Positions 38,701-47,150 of a DNA stretch of 47,150 nt are shown piece by piece. Below the pieces are notes generated by a model. It saw nothing but the letters and a program-made list of their open reading frames with translations. It ran no database searches and had not been told where the DNA came from. The DNA is from a virus. The DNA lies in IMG/VR virus record IMGVR_UViG_3300045988_023644, positions 1 to 47,150 of that record; one strand, written 5' to 3'. A program made the position numbers and the translations under genes. The first letter of the stretch is position 1, and the number at the start of each line of letters is the position of its first letter.

Positions 38701-40260
38701 CTAACTGTTGTTGTAGTGGTTGATGGCGGCGTTCAGCGCGGATTTTAAACTTCCGCTCCCCTCAAACAGCGCCGCCTTGACTTCATCGCCCTTTTCTTGG
38801 GCGCTGGGAAGCGGTCCGTATCCCGTACGGTTGCTGATGGCCGACCGCGCCGCGTTGAACGTAGCGGCGTAAATGGTCGCGCCAGAGCTGACACCCGTAT
38901 AGGGAGCGCTGCCGCCCTCGGCCTCCGCCAATTCCTTGATTTTCGCCAGCAGATTATTCCAGCGCCCCGCAGTCAGATTGCTGATGGGTTGCCCCTTCTT
39001 GATGTTGGCCGCATCCCATGTGGAATTGCTCCAGTAGAACAGGCCAATATTGCTCTTTGAGGCCACGATCTCCGCGTAGAAGCGGCTGGTGCTGTAAGTA
39101 TAGGACGGCTCATCCGTGTCGCGCTCCAGCGTTGACGTCGGCGTTGTGGCCGTGGAATTGGCGTAAAACCGGAAGATATACGGCCTAGAGTAGCCCGTCG
39201 CCTTTGCGATGCCCTTGACCGTGATAGTGGAATCGAAATTGACGGAGATGGCGTGGTACACCTTGTCCCGTACGTCCGATCTCAGCACGCCGTCCACATA
39301 GACCGACGCGCTGTTTATGCCTGCGCCAAGCTTGATATAGCAGGTGTACTCTGTTTTTTTCCACACGGCGTAGACCGTAACGCTCTTGGGGCTGCTGGAG
39401 CTGGTGGCATTGGTGACGAAGCTTACCGTGCCGTCGTACGTTGTAGTGGCTCCCGCGCTGCTGCCCCACCCAACGAAGGTATAGCCGCCCCGTATAGGCG
39501 TGGGGAAGTTGGACACGTCATAATTGACAGCGCCGCCGCTGCCCCGTGTAGACAGCACCGAGGATGCCCACGCTGTCGTGCCGTCGGCAAACTGACCACC
39601 GTTGGCATCTGCGTGCATCTGGTAGTAATAGGTCGGCGCGTAAGTGGCCGTCAGCGTCACCGTCCGCGTGCCGGGGCTGCTGGGTGCCGAGATGTAGTGG
39701 TCGTTATAGACGCCGTTGGCGTTGATCACCGTCCACGCCGATCCGCTGGATGGCGTGGCAATAACCGGGTAAGTGTATCCGTCCTCGTATCTAGCAATGT
39801 TGATATACAGTCGTCCTCCAGCGCCCACATCCACCGTGAAGTCGGTGCTGGCCACGTTGCTGGACGCAGAAGCGTTGACGCCAAAGCCCACCAGCTTAAT
39901 GCCGCTACCCAGAACCACCTTGACCTTATAGCTGGTAGTGCCAGCCGTGGCGGGGCCAACGCGGACGTACTTTGTCCCCGTCCCCACATTGAACGTCACT
40001 GTGCCGGATTGCAAATAGTCTACCTGCGTCCAGCTGGAGCCGTCCGAAGAAGTGTAGACATAGACTGGGAACGTGTAGCCGCTCTCGCACTCCGTCTCGC
40101 TGGCACGGATGGTAACGGTGGAATTGTCCTTGACGTAGCTCAGCGTCCACGACGTGGTGATCGTCGCGCCGTTGGGATAGGGGTCTGTAGCCGTGCTGTA
40201 GCTGGCGTGCACCACATACTGGCTAACGCCGGTGCCCAGTCTGCAATATAGTGTTGCCAT
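38701..40260 (-). CDS. Tail fibre/host-specificity protein with a Listeria-Bacteroides-type repeat
   Basis: GGYTFVGWGSS...VTVYAVWKK. Confidence 0.5.
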   Translation of the reverse strand: MATLYCRLGTGVSQYVVHASYSTATDPYPNGATITTSWTLSYVKDNSTVTIRASETECESGYTFPVYVYTSSDGSSWTQVDYLQSGTVTFNVGTGTKYVRVGPATAGTTSYKVKVVLGSGIKLVGFGVNASASSNVASTDFTVDVGAGGRLYINIARYEDGYTYPVIATPSSGSAWTVINANGVYNDHYISAPSSPGTRTVTLTATYAPTYYYQMHADANGGQFADGTTAWASSVLSTRGSGGAVNYDVSNFPTPIRGGYTFVGWGSSAGATTTYDGTVSFVTNATSSSSPKSVTVYAVWKKTEYTCYIKLGAGINSASVYVDGVLRSDVRDKVYHAISVNFDSTITVKGIAKATGYSRPYIFRFYANSTATTPTSTLERDTDEPSYTYSTSRFYAEIVASKSNIGLFYWSNSTWDAANIKKGQPISNLTAGRWNNLLAKIKELAEAEGGSAPYTGVSSGATIYAATFNAARSAISNRTGYGPLPSAQEKGDEVKAALFEGSGSLKSALNAAINHYNNS

Positions 40261-40266
40261 AGCTTA

Positions 40267-42351
40267 TCACCCGAACACGGCAGCGCCACCGCCGGACAGA
40301 ATTTCCGCCCACGTTTTGGACGTTCCTCCGGCAGACACGCCGCCGCCGGAAATGGCGACCGCGCCCTCTGTTGCTCCGCTGGTGGCGAAAGTGAAACGCA
40401 ACGTTCCACGATACATCTGGATGTCGTCAAAGTAGCCGTTGGCAACATACAGGTTAGACAGTTTATTGCCTGCATCCGAAATGGCTCCATATGGTACATA
40501 CCCGCCCACGCTGCCGCCCACGATCTTCGACGCATACAGGCTTTCAATCTGCGCGTTTCGGATCGTCGCGTTCTCAATGTCGATGTACTGCGCGCTCAGC
40601 GTACCCGTGATGTTGGCTGTGCTCAAATTGATGGACGTTGCCACGATCTCGCCGTCCACGTTCAGGGCATTAACGTGCAAGTCTACCTTGTCGGACGAAA
40701 TTTCCACGCCGTCCTTCTTGATGACGAAGGTGGAGCCGGTGGAATCGCTGGACACCTCCAGCGAGATTTTGTCCACCGTCTGATCAATCAGGCTTTGGGC
40801 CTGATTTCCATCGAGCTTGCCGCTGATCTGCGTCCGCAGTTCGCTGGCCGTCACCTCCAGCGTGGCCACATTGCCCTTTACGTCGCCGATCTCGCTGTGG
40901 ATGCCCTCGATATCTACTTTCAGTTTGTGATAGGCTCGGTACGCGGCAAACTCCCGCCGTTTGCTCTGCGGCGCTGGCTTCCGCCCCGTCCCGCCGGTGC
41001 ACTCGTAAGTAGCTCTGGCCCAGCCGCCGCCCCACTTCAATGCCATTCGGAAGATGGGCAGCGTTCGCGTAGTGCCGTCGCCGCCTACCACCTGAATGAT
41101 GTCGCCCGGCTCAATAGACCAGTCGCACACCGCGTCTACCGAGTTGGGCGTGTAGGCCGGGAACGCGATCAGCTTCTTATACAGGTCTTGCGCTTTTCCT
41201 CTGATCTCCGCCTCCGTGGAGCCGTAATACAGGGGATTGTCCAGCACCTGATACTCGTTGCCCGTTCCGTTTTCCGGCAGCATAACGCCCAAGTCGGTAT
41301 TGGCTACCTGCACATGCAGCGCCTGAACGGCGGGGGTCTCATACTCCGCAGGGGAATCCCCGAAATGTTGGTTCTGCGTCAGCTTCACGTTTTGAGAAGC
41401 AAACCACACCAGTTCCAGCTTGTCGTCCCGGCTCATCCGCGCATAGGCGCACGCCGTCTCTGCGATCCAACCCAATACATCCTTGCCCACAAGGCCGTTT
41501 CCGGCCATTGGCGCCGATGCAATAGGCTCTGTGCTGCCGGGGAAGGTGGTGGTATTCAGCGTCACGCCGACGTAAGTACACAGGCTTGCAAGCAGCTGTC
41601 CCCGTGTCAGCGGCCATGTGAGACCGGCCCACCAGTCATCCACGTCCACGTTGAACTTCTGCATCCCGTCCAGCGCTTCGCAGGAAATATTTGCTACCCG
41701 CCGCTGTTCCGGTGTCGAGAAGTAGAACGTTCCCAGCGGAACATACTCGTACTTGTTTACCGCGTCGGCGAACTCATACGCCATGTTCCCCTGATAGCTA
41801 ATGCCTTTTCCCGACCATTTCCCCAGCTTATACGCCAAAAAATCGTTGTCCACGGCCTTTGCTATCAGGGTCGTGCCGTCAATGGTAGCTGCCCACAGGT
41901 TCGTTCCGTCGCCCGCGTATAACATGTTGTTGACGATAACAAGACATGAGGGGGCAAATGTGGGCTGGTCACCCGTCACGCCGCTCAGATACGGCGCTGT
42001 GGCATTTGCCGTGATGGTCACCGCACTTTCCGTGCCGTAGCCGTACACCACGCCTAATTCGCTGCCAGACCATGTGTCCGTGCCGATCAAAGCGCCCAAA
42101 GACACCTTGCACTTGCCGAAAGTAAACCCATTCAGCAAACCGTGCTTGTTCAGGATCGTGGTTTTCAGTTCAGCAGAAACGCACTTGCCCACCGTCACAT
42201 CGGTTTCTTCGTTCAGGGGATAGGTAACTTCGATGTCCTTGACATCGTTGAACTTGGTGAAAAACGTACCGTCCTCAAACTGCATCAAGATGTCGGTTTT
42301 CACATGGTCGTCCATTGCCTTTGTGTGAAATGTGTTGCTGGCCTGATACAT
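40267..42351 (-). CDS. Tail tip / Tal-like protein
   Basis: Start at ATG 42351 (RBS GAAGGTGGAG). Large protein after the Dit-like gene. Confidence 0.6.
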   Translation of the reverse strand: MYQASNTFHTKAMDDHVKTDILMQFEDGTFFTKFNDVKDIEVTYPLNEETDVTVGKCVSAELKTTILNKHGLLNGFTFGKCKVSLGALIGTDTWSGSELGVVYGYGTESAVTITANATAPYLSGVTGDQPTFAPSCLVIVNNMLYAGDGTNLWAATIDGTTLIAKAVDNDFLAYKLGKWSGKGISYQGNMAYEFADAVNKYEYVPLGTFYFSTPEQRRVANISCEALDGMQKFNVDVDDWWAGLTWPLTRGQLLASLCTYVGVTLNTTTFPGSTEPIASAPMAGNGLVGKDVLGWIAETACAYARMSRDDKLELVWFASQNVKLTQNQHFGDSPAEYETPAVQALHVQVANTDLGVMLPENGTGNEYQVLDNPLYYGSTEAEIRGKAQDLYKKLIAFPAYTPNSVDAVCDWSIEPGDIIQVVGGDGTTRTLPIFRMALKWGGGWARATYECTGGTGRKPAPQSKRREFAAYRAYHKLKVDIEGIHSEIGDVKGNVATLEVTASELRTQISGKLDGNQAQSLIDQTVDKISLEVSSDSTGSTFVIKKDGVEISSDKVDLHVNALNVDGEIVATSINLSTANITGTLSAQYIDIENATIRNAQIESLYASKIVGGSVGGYVPYGAISDAGNKLSNLYVANGYFDDIQMYRGTLRFTFATSGATEGAVAISGGGVSAGGTSKTWAEILSGGGAAVFG

Positions 42352-42367
42352 TCTCCACCTTCTTTCC

Positions 42368-42775
42368 TCAGTTCTCAATCAGCGCGATACGGATCGGCAT
42401 ATACGTCAATTCGTTTCCGCTTACGCTGTAAATGCTGAAATGGGTATCCGGCACATAGAATGTCCCGATCTGGTACGTCTGGGTGTCCGGGCAGAAGAAC
42501 TCCACCGTAGCCTCACGCTTTAGATTGCTCTTGCTGTTAATGCCCAAAATAGACACCAACTGCGCCACATCATCGCCTTTGAGGTACGGCGTATTAAACT
42601 CGATCTTTGACGGCGTGTGTTCGCACGTCGAACGGATCAATACGCCGCCTGCGCTTCTGTCCGCGCTTTCCTCAATGCGCTGGTTGGGAATCGCGTCGTA
42701 AGTAGAAAGCTTGATAAACTTCGTGGGGAACACCGTCCCGTTGACCTTCAAAAGATATCCCGCAAATCCGCTCAC
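42368..42775 (-). CDS. Short distal-tail (Dit-like) protein
   Basis: Position directly after the tape measure gene. Confidence 0.45.
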   Translation of the reverse strand: MSGFAGYLLKVNGTVFPTKFIKLSTYDAIPNQRIEESADRSAGGVLIRSTCEHTPSKIEFNTPYLKGDDVAQLVSILGINSKSNLKREATVEFFCPDTQTYQIGTFYVPDTHFSIYSVSGNELTYMPIRIALIEN

Positions 42776-42779
42776 GCGC

Positions 42780-45620
42780 TCACCCCCTTACCAGTTCGTA
42801 AGCTTCTACGCTTTGGCTCACCCACCGTCCCGCAGAGGATGATGGTTTGCCCAGCGTGAATTCCTTCTTGGCCGTTGTCCGTGCGCTCTGGTCGATAGAC
42901 CGGACGTATTCAATCAGGCCGGTTTCCGCCAGCGCGTCGAATACCGCCTGCGCGATACCGTCCGTGATCTGGTCATTGTTGGCAACGGCGGTTCTTCGTC
43001 CGATGCCGCCCACCATCTCCGCACCTGCCTCCCGTGCGATAAACAGCTGCCCTTCGTCCACAAACCCGCCGTCTGCCAGATGGGGAACGGGGATTTCCGA
43101 AATATTGATTCCGAAATGACGACCACCGATGACAGGAACCCAATCAGGCAGCGTGAAGCTGATCCGATTCAGTGCGCGAATAATGGTGTTGACCACGCTG
43201 GCAAACAGCCCAGCGATTGCCGTTCCGATGCCTTTCACAACTTGAAGCATACCTTGCCAGGCTTGCTTCCAGTTCAGCGTAAGCACGCCGTTGACAATGC
43301 TCAGGATGCCGTTGATCACGTCGGTAACTGCCGCAAACATGGTTTTTAAAACGTCTTTGATGAAATCCAGAGTCCCCTTGACCAGCTGCTTGATTTCGTA
43401 AATCAGCCCGGACACAGCGCCGTTTTTAAACCCGGCAAATACACCCTCAAGCCATGTGAAAAGCCCATCAACGGCGTTTTTCGCAAGATCGACAGCCCCG
43501 ACAAGCAGGTTTTGTGAACCCGTCATAAACTGCTCAATGGAATTCAGGAGGCCGCCAAAGTCAAGGTTTGCAAACGCAGAAATAATGCCGAACATGCCTG
43601 CGATCATGTCACCCACATTCCCGATGGCAGCAATCGCGTCTTTCAGCGCATTAAGCACCACGGTGCCAAGCGGCATAAATACGTTGTCCATTGCCCACGT
43701 CCAAATCGGCATGATGCTTTGCAGTGCACTTCCCAAACCCGAAATCGCCTTTGCCAGCGCGTCAACAAGAACCGGAGCCAATTCATTGATTGTCCATAGC
43801 ATCAGCGGCTCCAAAACTGTGCCGTACACCTTGCCTAACGTATCCAGGACAGCGCCGCCGAATTGCTTCAAACCTTCCCACAAACGGCCAAAGCTTTCTT
43901 CCAGTTTTTTTGTGTCAATTTTGTCGAAGGTTTTCTTGATCCGGTTTATTCCGCTGATTACCAAATCAACAAACGGCTGGAATTTCTTTTTCCATGCGTC
44001 GATATTCTCGCTCACAGCCCCTTCAAGAAAGTCATACCCCGGCAGATCGATCCCAAGATCGCTGCCGCCAAGATTGCCTAACCCTCCCGCAGAGGAAGCG
44101 TCCGCCGTTTGGGGCATTACGTTCAGTTCGTCAAATCCCGCTAAGTACTGTTTCAGTTTCTTGGCAGAATCCGTGGCGTCGCTCAGGTTGTCGGCAATCT
44201 CGCCGGAACCCGTGGCCGCATTAGAAAACCCGTTTTTCCACACAGGCTCCTGCAATGTTACGCCAAACAGCTTGGCGATAGCCGCGATGATCTCCCGCAG
44301 TGCTTTGGCGAATGCAATCAGCACGGGGAGCACCTTTGTCAAAATGGGGATAAACAGATTGCCGATGGAGCGTGCCACCTGCTCCAACTGCGCCTTGAGT
44401 ACTCGCAGCATGTTGGTGGGGTTTTCCAACGTCCGTGCCATATCGCCCTGCACCTGCGTCACCTGCGTCATCATGGCGTAATACCGTAGCTGTGCTTTCT
44501 CCGCTTGCGTCATGGCGGAAACGCTTTTCGTAATGCCAAGATTCAAGGCTTCCTGCTGCAATCTCGCTACGGACAGGTCGTAACCCAACCGACGCAGAGG
44601 CTCCAGCTCACCCGCGATGCCGGACTGCACCTTCTGCATGGCATCCGAGAAATTGATGTTGTAGAACGACGCGATGTCATAGCCTAACTGCGTCAAATTT
44701 TTGGACATGAACGCCGCCTTATCCGCCGCCACGCCAAAGCCGGAAATAATAGTGTTGAATACACCCTGATTCCGCATCCATTCCGCCGGATCAATGCCCA
44801 TCACCTCGGAGACCTGCTGCGCATACCGATAAGCTTCTTCCGCGTATTCGCCCATTGACACGGTAAACAGGTTTATGTCCTCCTGATATTCGCCCGCCTT
44901 TGTGATGGCATAACCCAAAAAGCTTGCCACCTTTCGGAATGCATACAGCAGCGTGGCGAATTTTAAGCCCTTGATGGCAAGGCCGAACCCGTTGGTCTGC
45001 GTCGTGGCCTTTTTCATGGCGTTGTTGTACTGGTCCGAAGAAGAAATGACCTTCTGGATACGCGACGGAAAAGACGAAAAACCTGTAGAAACTTTCTGCA
45101 TCTCGTCCGCAAACGGCTTCATGGCCTCCGAAAGCTTTTTTATCTGTTCGGCAAACTTGCCGATGTCCGTCTTGTCCAGCTCTGCCATGACTTCCGGCAG
45201 CTTTTTTAGCTGGTTGATAAAGCTGCCCATCTGAGACTTGCCAAGCTCAGACAGAGGCCGTAAGCCGTTGGCAAGCGCTTCCAGTTTGCTTCCGCTTGTG
45301 TCCTGTATACTGTTCACCGCCGTGCTGATGGCGGACAACTGATTGCCGATGGAGGAGGAAATTTTCAGGTCCCGGAGGCCGTTCAGCTTTGACAGGGAAT
45401 CTGCCAGATTTGACAGCTTCTGAGATACATCCAGCCCCTTCACCGCGTCGGAAATGGCCGCAATGCCCTTCGCCGTGTTTTTTAAGCCTGTTGTGCCGCC
45501 CTGCGTGGCGGATTTCAGGTTTTCCAGCGCGTTTTTCAGCCGGTTAAGACCGTTTTCGGCGCTGGCGCTGTCGTTGGAGATTTTAAATTCAAGGCCTTGC
45601 AGCTCCACATTTTCAGCCAT
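42780..45620 (-). CDS. Tape measure protein
   Basis: 946 aa, helical and low-complexity, after the G/GT chaperones. Confidence 0.9.
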   Translation of the reverse strand: MAENVELQGLEFKISNDSASAENGLNRLKNALENLKSATQGGTTGLKNTAKGIAAISDAVKGLDVSQKLSNLADSLSKLNGLRDLKISSSIGNQLSAISTAVNSIQDTSGSKLEALANGLRPLSELGKSQMGSFINQLKKLPEVMAELDKTDIGKFAEQIKKLSEAMKPFADEMQKVSTGFSSFPSRIQKVISSSDQYNNAMKKATTQTNGFGLAIKGLKFATLLYAFRKVASFLGYAITKAGEYQEDINLFTVSMGEYAEEAYRYAQQVSEVMGIDPAEWMRNQGVFNTIISGFGVAADKAAFMSKNLTQLGYDIASFYNINFSDAMQKVQSGIAGELEPLRRLGYDLSVARLQQEALNLGITKSVSAMTQAEKAQLRYYAMMTQVTQVQGDMARTLENPTNMLRVLKAQLEQVARSIGNLFIPILTKVLPVLIAFAKALREIIAAIAKLFGVTLQEPVWKNGFSNAATGSGEIADNLSDATDSAKKLKQYLAGFDELNVMPQTADASSAGGLGNLGGSDLGIDLPGYDFLEGAVSENIDAWKKKFQPFVDLVISGINRIKKTFDKIDTKKLEESFGRLWEGLKQFGGAVLDTLGKVYGTVLEPLMLWTINELAPVLVDALAKAISGLGSALQSIMPIWTWAMDNVFMPLGTVVLNALKDAIAAIGNVGDMIAGMFGIISAFANLDFGGLLNSIEQFMTGSQNLLVGAVDLAKNAVDGLFTWLEGVFAGFKNGAVSGLIYEIKQLVKGTLDFIKDVLKTMFAAVTDVINGILSIVNGVLTLNWKQAWQGMLQVVKGIGTAIAGLFASVVNTIIRALNRISFTLPDWVPVIGGRHFGINISEIPVPHLADGGFVDEGQLFIAREAGAEMVGGIGRRTAVANNDQITDGIAQAVFDALAETGLIEYVRSIDQSARTTAKKEFTLGKPSSSAGRWVSQSVEAYELVRG

Positions 45621-46074
45621 TTGCGCCACCGCCCTTCTCAAATTTCTTGTTTATTGCCAAAGCAAACATCTGCATATACGCTTTGGCTTTTTTGTCCCCT
45701 GCGTTTTGCTCCGCGTTCTTCTTGTCCTTCGGTCTGTCGTACAGCTCATAGGGCTTATCACGATACGGAACAGGCTTCGCGCCCTTCTTGGCAAAGGCGT
45801 GCATCACCGGCACAACGTCCAGTAACGCTTCGTAGATATACGCGCCTTGCAGCCACAGGTCTTGGTTTCGCATGTCCCGTTTCAGTTTCCAAGCCTTACG
45901 GTAGTAGGTGACAAGCTCCACGTCCATTTCCCAGAACTGTTCATAACTCATGCCGATAGACAGATAAAACGGAAACACTTTCCTAAAAACATTCGTGTAA
46001 GCAAACGAGGGGGCGGGGTCGTCCCCACCCCCTCCATCCTCGGAAAACAGGTCGCTTACATACCCACTTTCCAC
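45613..46074 (-). CDS. Tail assembly chaperone, -1 frameshift extension (GT-like)
   Basis: Lies in the -1 frame relative to 46056..46394, entered at the slippery site GGGAAAC. Confidence 0.7.
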   Translation of the reverse strand: MESGYVSDLFSEDGGGGDDPAPSFAYTNVFRKVFPFYLSIGMSYEQFWEMDVELVTYYRKAWKLKRDMRNQDLWLQGAYIYEALLDVVPVMHAFAKKGAKPVPYRDKPYELYDRPKDKKNAEQNAGDKKAKAYMQMFALAINKKFEKGGGANG

Positions 46075-46394
46075 GTCGGGTTTCCCTCTTCGCCCTCCTC
46101 GGGGTCAGAGAGCAGCGTCATGGCGGTGTCGTTGTACATCTCCGCCAGCGCCATCACCAATTCGTCCTTGTGGGACAGCTTGGCGAAAATCTCATCCTTC
46201 GTGGACTGCTTGGTGTCCCGGTGGTTTGCCAGAAACGCACCGGAGAACAGCAGCGGAATCATGATATTGGGCTGATCGGGCAGTTTGTTGATGTCAAAGC
46301 CGCTGGATTCCATCTGAGCCGCCGTCTTTCTGGTATACTCCAGCAGATAATTCTTGCCGTTCTTCGCGCCGGAAATGGTCAGTGTCTTTGCCAT
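46056..46394 (-). CDS. Tail assembly chaperone (G-like)
   Basis: 112 aa, acidic C-terminus, between the major tail and tape measure genes. Confidence 0.75.
   Translation of the reverse strand: MAKTLTISGAKNGKNYLLEYTRKTAAQMESSGFDINKLPDQPNIMIPLLFSGAFLANHRDTKQSTKDEIFAKLSHKDELVMALAEMYNDTAMTLLSDPEEGEEGNPTWKVGM
46080..46086 (-). promoter_or_regulatory. Programmed -1 frameshift slippery heptamer G_GGA_AAC
   Basis: The zero frame reads GAG GGA AAC. The -1 frame continues GGG AAA CCC GAC GTG GAA AGT, which is the frame of 45613..46074. Confidence 0.7.
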
Positions 46395-46397
46395 CTC

Positions 46398-46829
46398 TTA
46401 TTCCTCCTCAAGCTGAATGGGCGTGGACGGTGCAATGGTGATGCCAATGTCCACCACCTCGTTGACGCCGCCGCCAGTGGGATACGCGGTCAGCTGGCCG
46501 TCAAAGCTGAATTTGCCGTCGCTGCCGGTGGGGGTCAGCACGCCGCCGCTTTCCGTGCCGCCGAACCAGACGGCAAACTTCTCGTTCTTGCCCTCCAGCG
46601 CCTTGAGAGCCTTGTAATCCGTCAAGTCGTAGTTGGCCGTGAAGCTCAGGCCATCCAGAGACTGGATACCGGCAATGTAGGTCTGCATCTTATCGGAAAG
46701 GGTGGTGGTTTCCAGCATCTCGGGGTCTCCGCCCAAATCGGGGAACTCCTTGATGTCGATCAGCTTGGTATAAGCGGATTCGGAAGCACCCTTGTGCATA
46801 AGGAACACTTTATAAGTGCTGATTGCCAT
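46398..46829 (-). CDS. Major tail protein
   Basis: 143 aa, RBS CAGGAGG, upstream of the chaperones. Confidence 0.75.
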   Translation of the reverse strand: MAISTYKVFLMHKGASESAYTKLIDIKEFPDLGGDPEMLETTTLSDKMQTYIAGIQSLDGLSFTANYDLTDYKALKALEGKNEKFAVWFGGTESGGVLTPTGSDGKFSFDGQLTAYPTGGGVNEVVDIGITIAPSTPIQLEEE

Positions 46830-46832
46830 AAA

Positions 46833-47150
46833 TTACCTCCTGTATAGTTTCGTTCCGTCTGTTTCCGCCCGATACCGGGCCACAAGACGGTAGATGGTTG
46901 CGTTTTCAAGATTGGGAATAGGTGACAGGGCGATGCGTCGGAAATTCCGGGCATACATCATTTTGTCGATAAAGCTCATGATCTTCCGGCACTCCGCTTT
47001 TTTACCGGGGGATTTGTTGGAATAGACGTTCACCTCGTACATCAGCGCTGCAAACTTTTCCGTGTCAGAGGAATCCAGCCGCTCCGTGGGCATGTAATTG
47101 TCCTGCTCCACAATGCTGACGTGGGGAAAACTGGAAGGAGCCGCCACATA
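46833..47150 (-). CDS. Tail completion/terminator-like protein, C-terminal part (continues from 203..1 across the junction)
   Basis: Open to the window edge. In frame with 120-203 on the circle. Confidence 0.6.
   Translation of the reverse strand, partial: YVAAPSSFPHVSIVEQDNYMPTERLDSSDTEKFAALMYEVNVYSNKSPGKKAECRKIMSFIDKMMYARNFRRIALSPIPNLENATIYRLVARYRAETDGTKLYRR
47032..47150. repeat. Terminal direct repeat, identical to 1-119
   Basis: Read directly. Confidence 0.95.

Larger units (their letters stand above)
1..47150. mobile_element. Complete circularly closed temperate siphovirus-like phage genome (unique length 47031 bp)
   Basis: All phage modules are present (lysogeny, replication, packaging, head, tail, lysis, attP) and the two 119-bp ends are identical. 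Confidence 0.9.

Overview
The window is a complete, circularly closed temperate siphovirus-like phage genome. Bases 1-119 are identical to 47032-47150, so the unique length is 47031 bp. The host is probably Gram-positive and Clostridia-like: GGAGG ribosome binding sites, holin plus amidase-SPOR endolysin, no spanins. Almost all genes are on the minus strand. In minus-strand order they are: a cro-like early HTH operon (28263 down to 26351); recombination and replication genes (Gp157-like, ERF, SSB, replisome organizer with internal 21-bp-phased iterons, DnaC-like loader, DUF1064); a DNA-modification/anti-restriction block (repeat-containing DUF7666-like protein, IbrA-like PAPS reductase, a circularly permuted multi-TRD C5-cytosine methyltransferase interrupted inside its PCQ motif, a Dam-type methyltransferase broken at a G8 run, Lar); about 0.8 kb of ORF-free, hairpin-rich sequence containing a non-canonical tRNA-like element; Rha; a second ORF-free hairpin-rich region; and terS. 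A roughly 4-kb cargo island then separates terS from terL. It holds a plus-strand small-gene cassette with consensus promoters, a short serine recombinase and a membrane protein. After it come terL, portal, scaffold, capsid, neck, tail, tape measure, tail tip/fibres (with an SGNH esterase and a C39-like peptidase), holin, endolysin, a six-gene cargo cluster of unknown function, and attP (a tRNA 3' end flanked by 28-bp repeats). The plus strand carries a cI-like repressor, a membrane-anchored HTH protein and a tyrosine integrase. The most unusual items are the permuted and interrupted C5 methyltransferase, the large ORF-free structured region with the tRNA-like element, the split terS/terL with a possible invertible promoter, two homologous intrinsic terminators inside the late operon, and the post-lysis cargo cluster. 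All protein family calls rest on motif recognition by eye. No database search was run.
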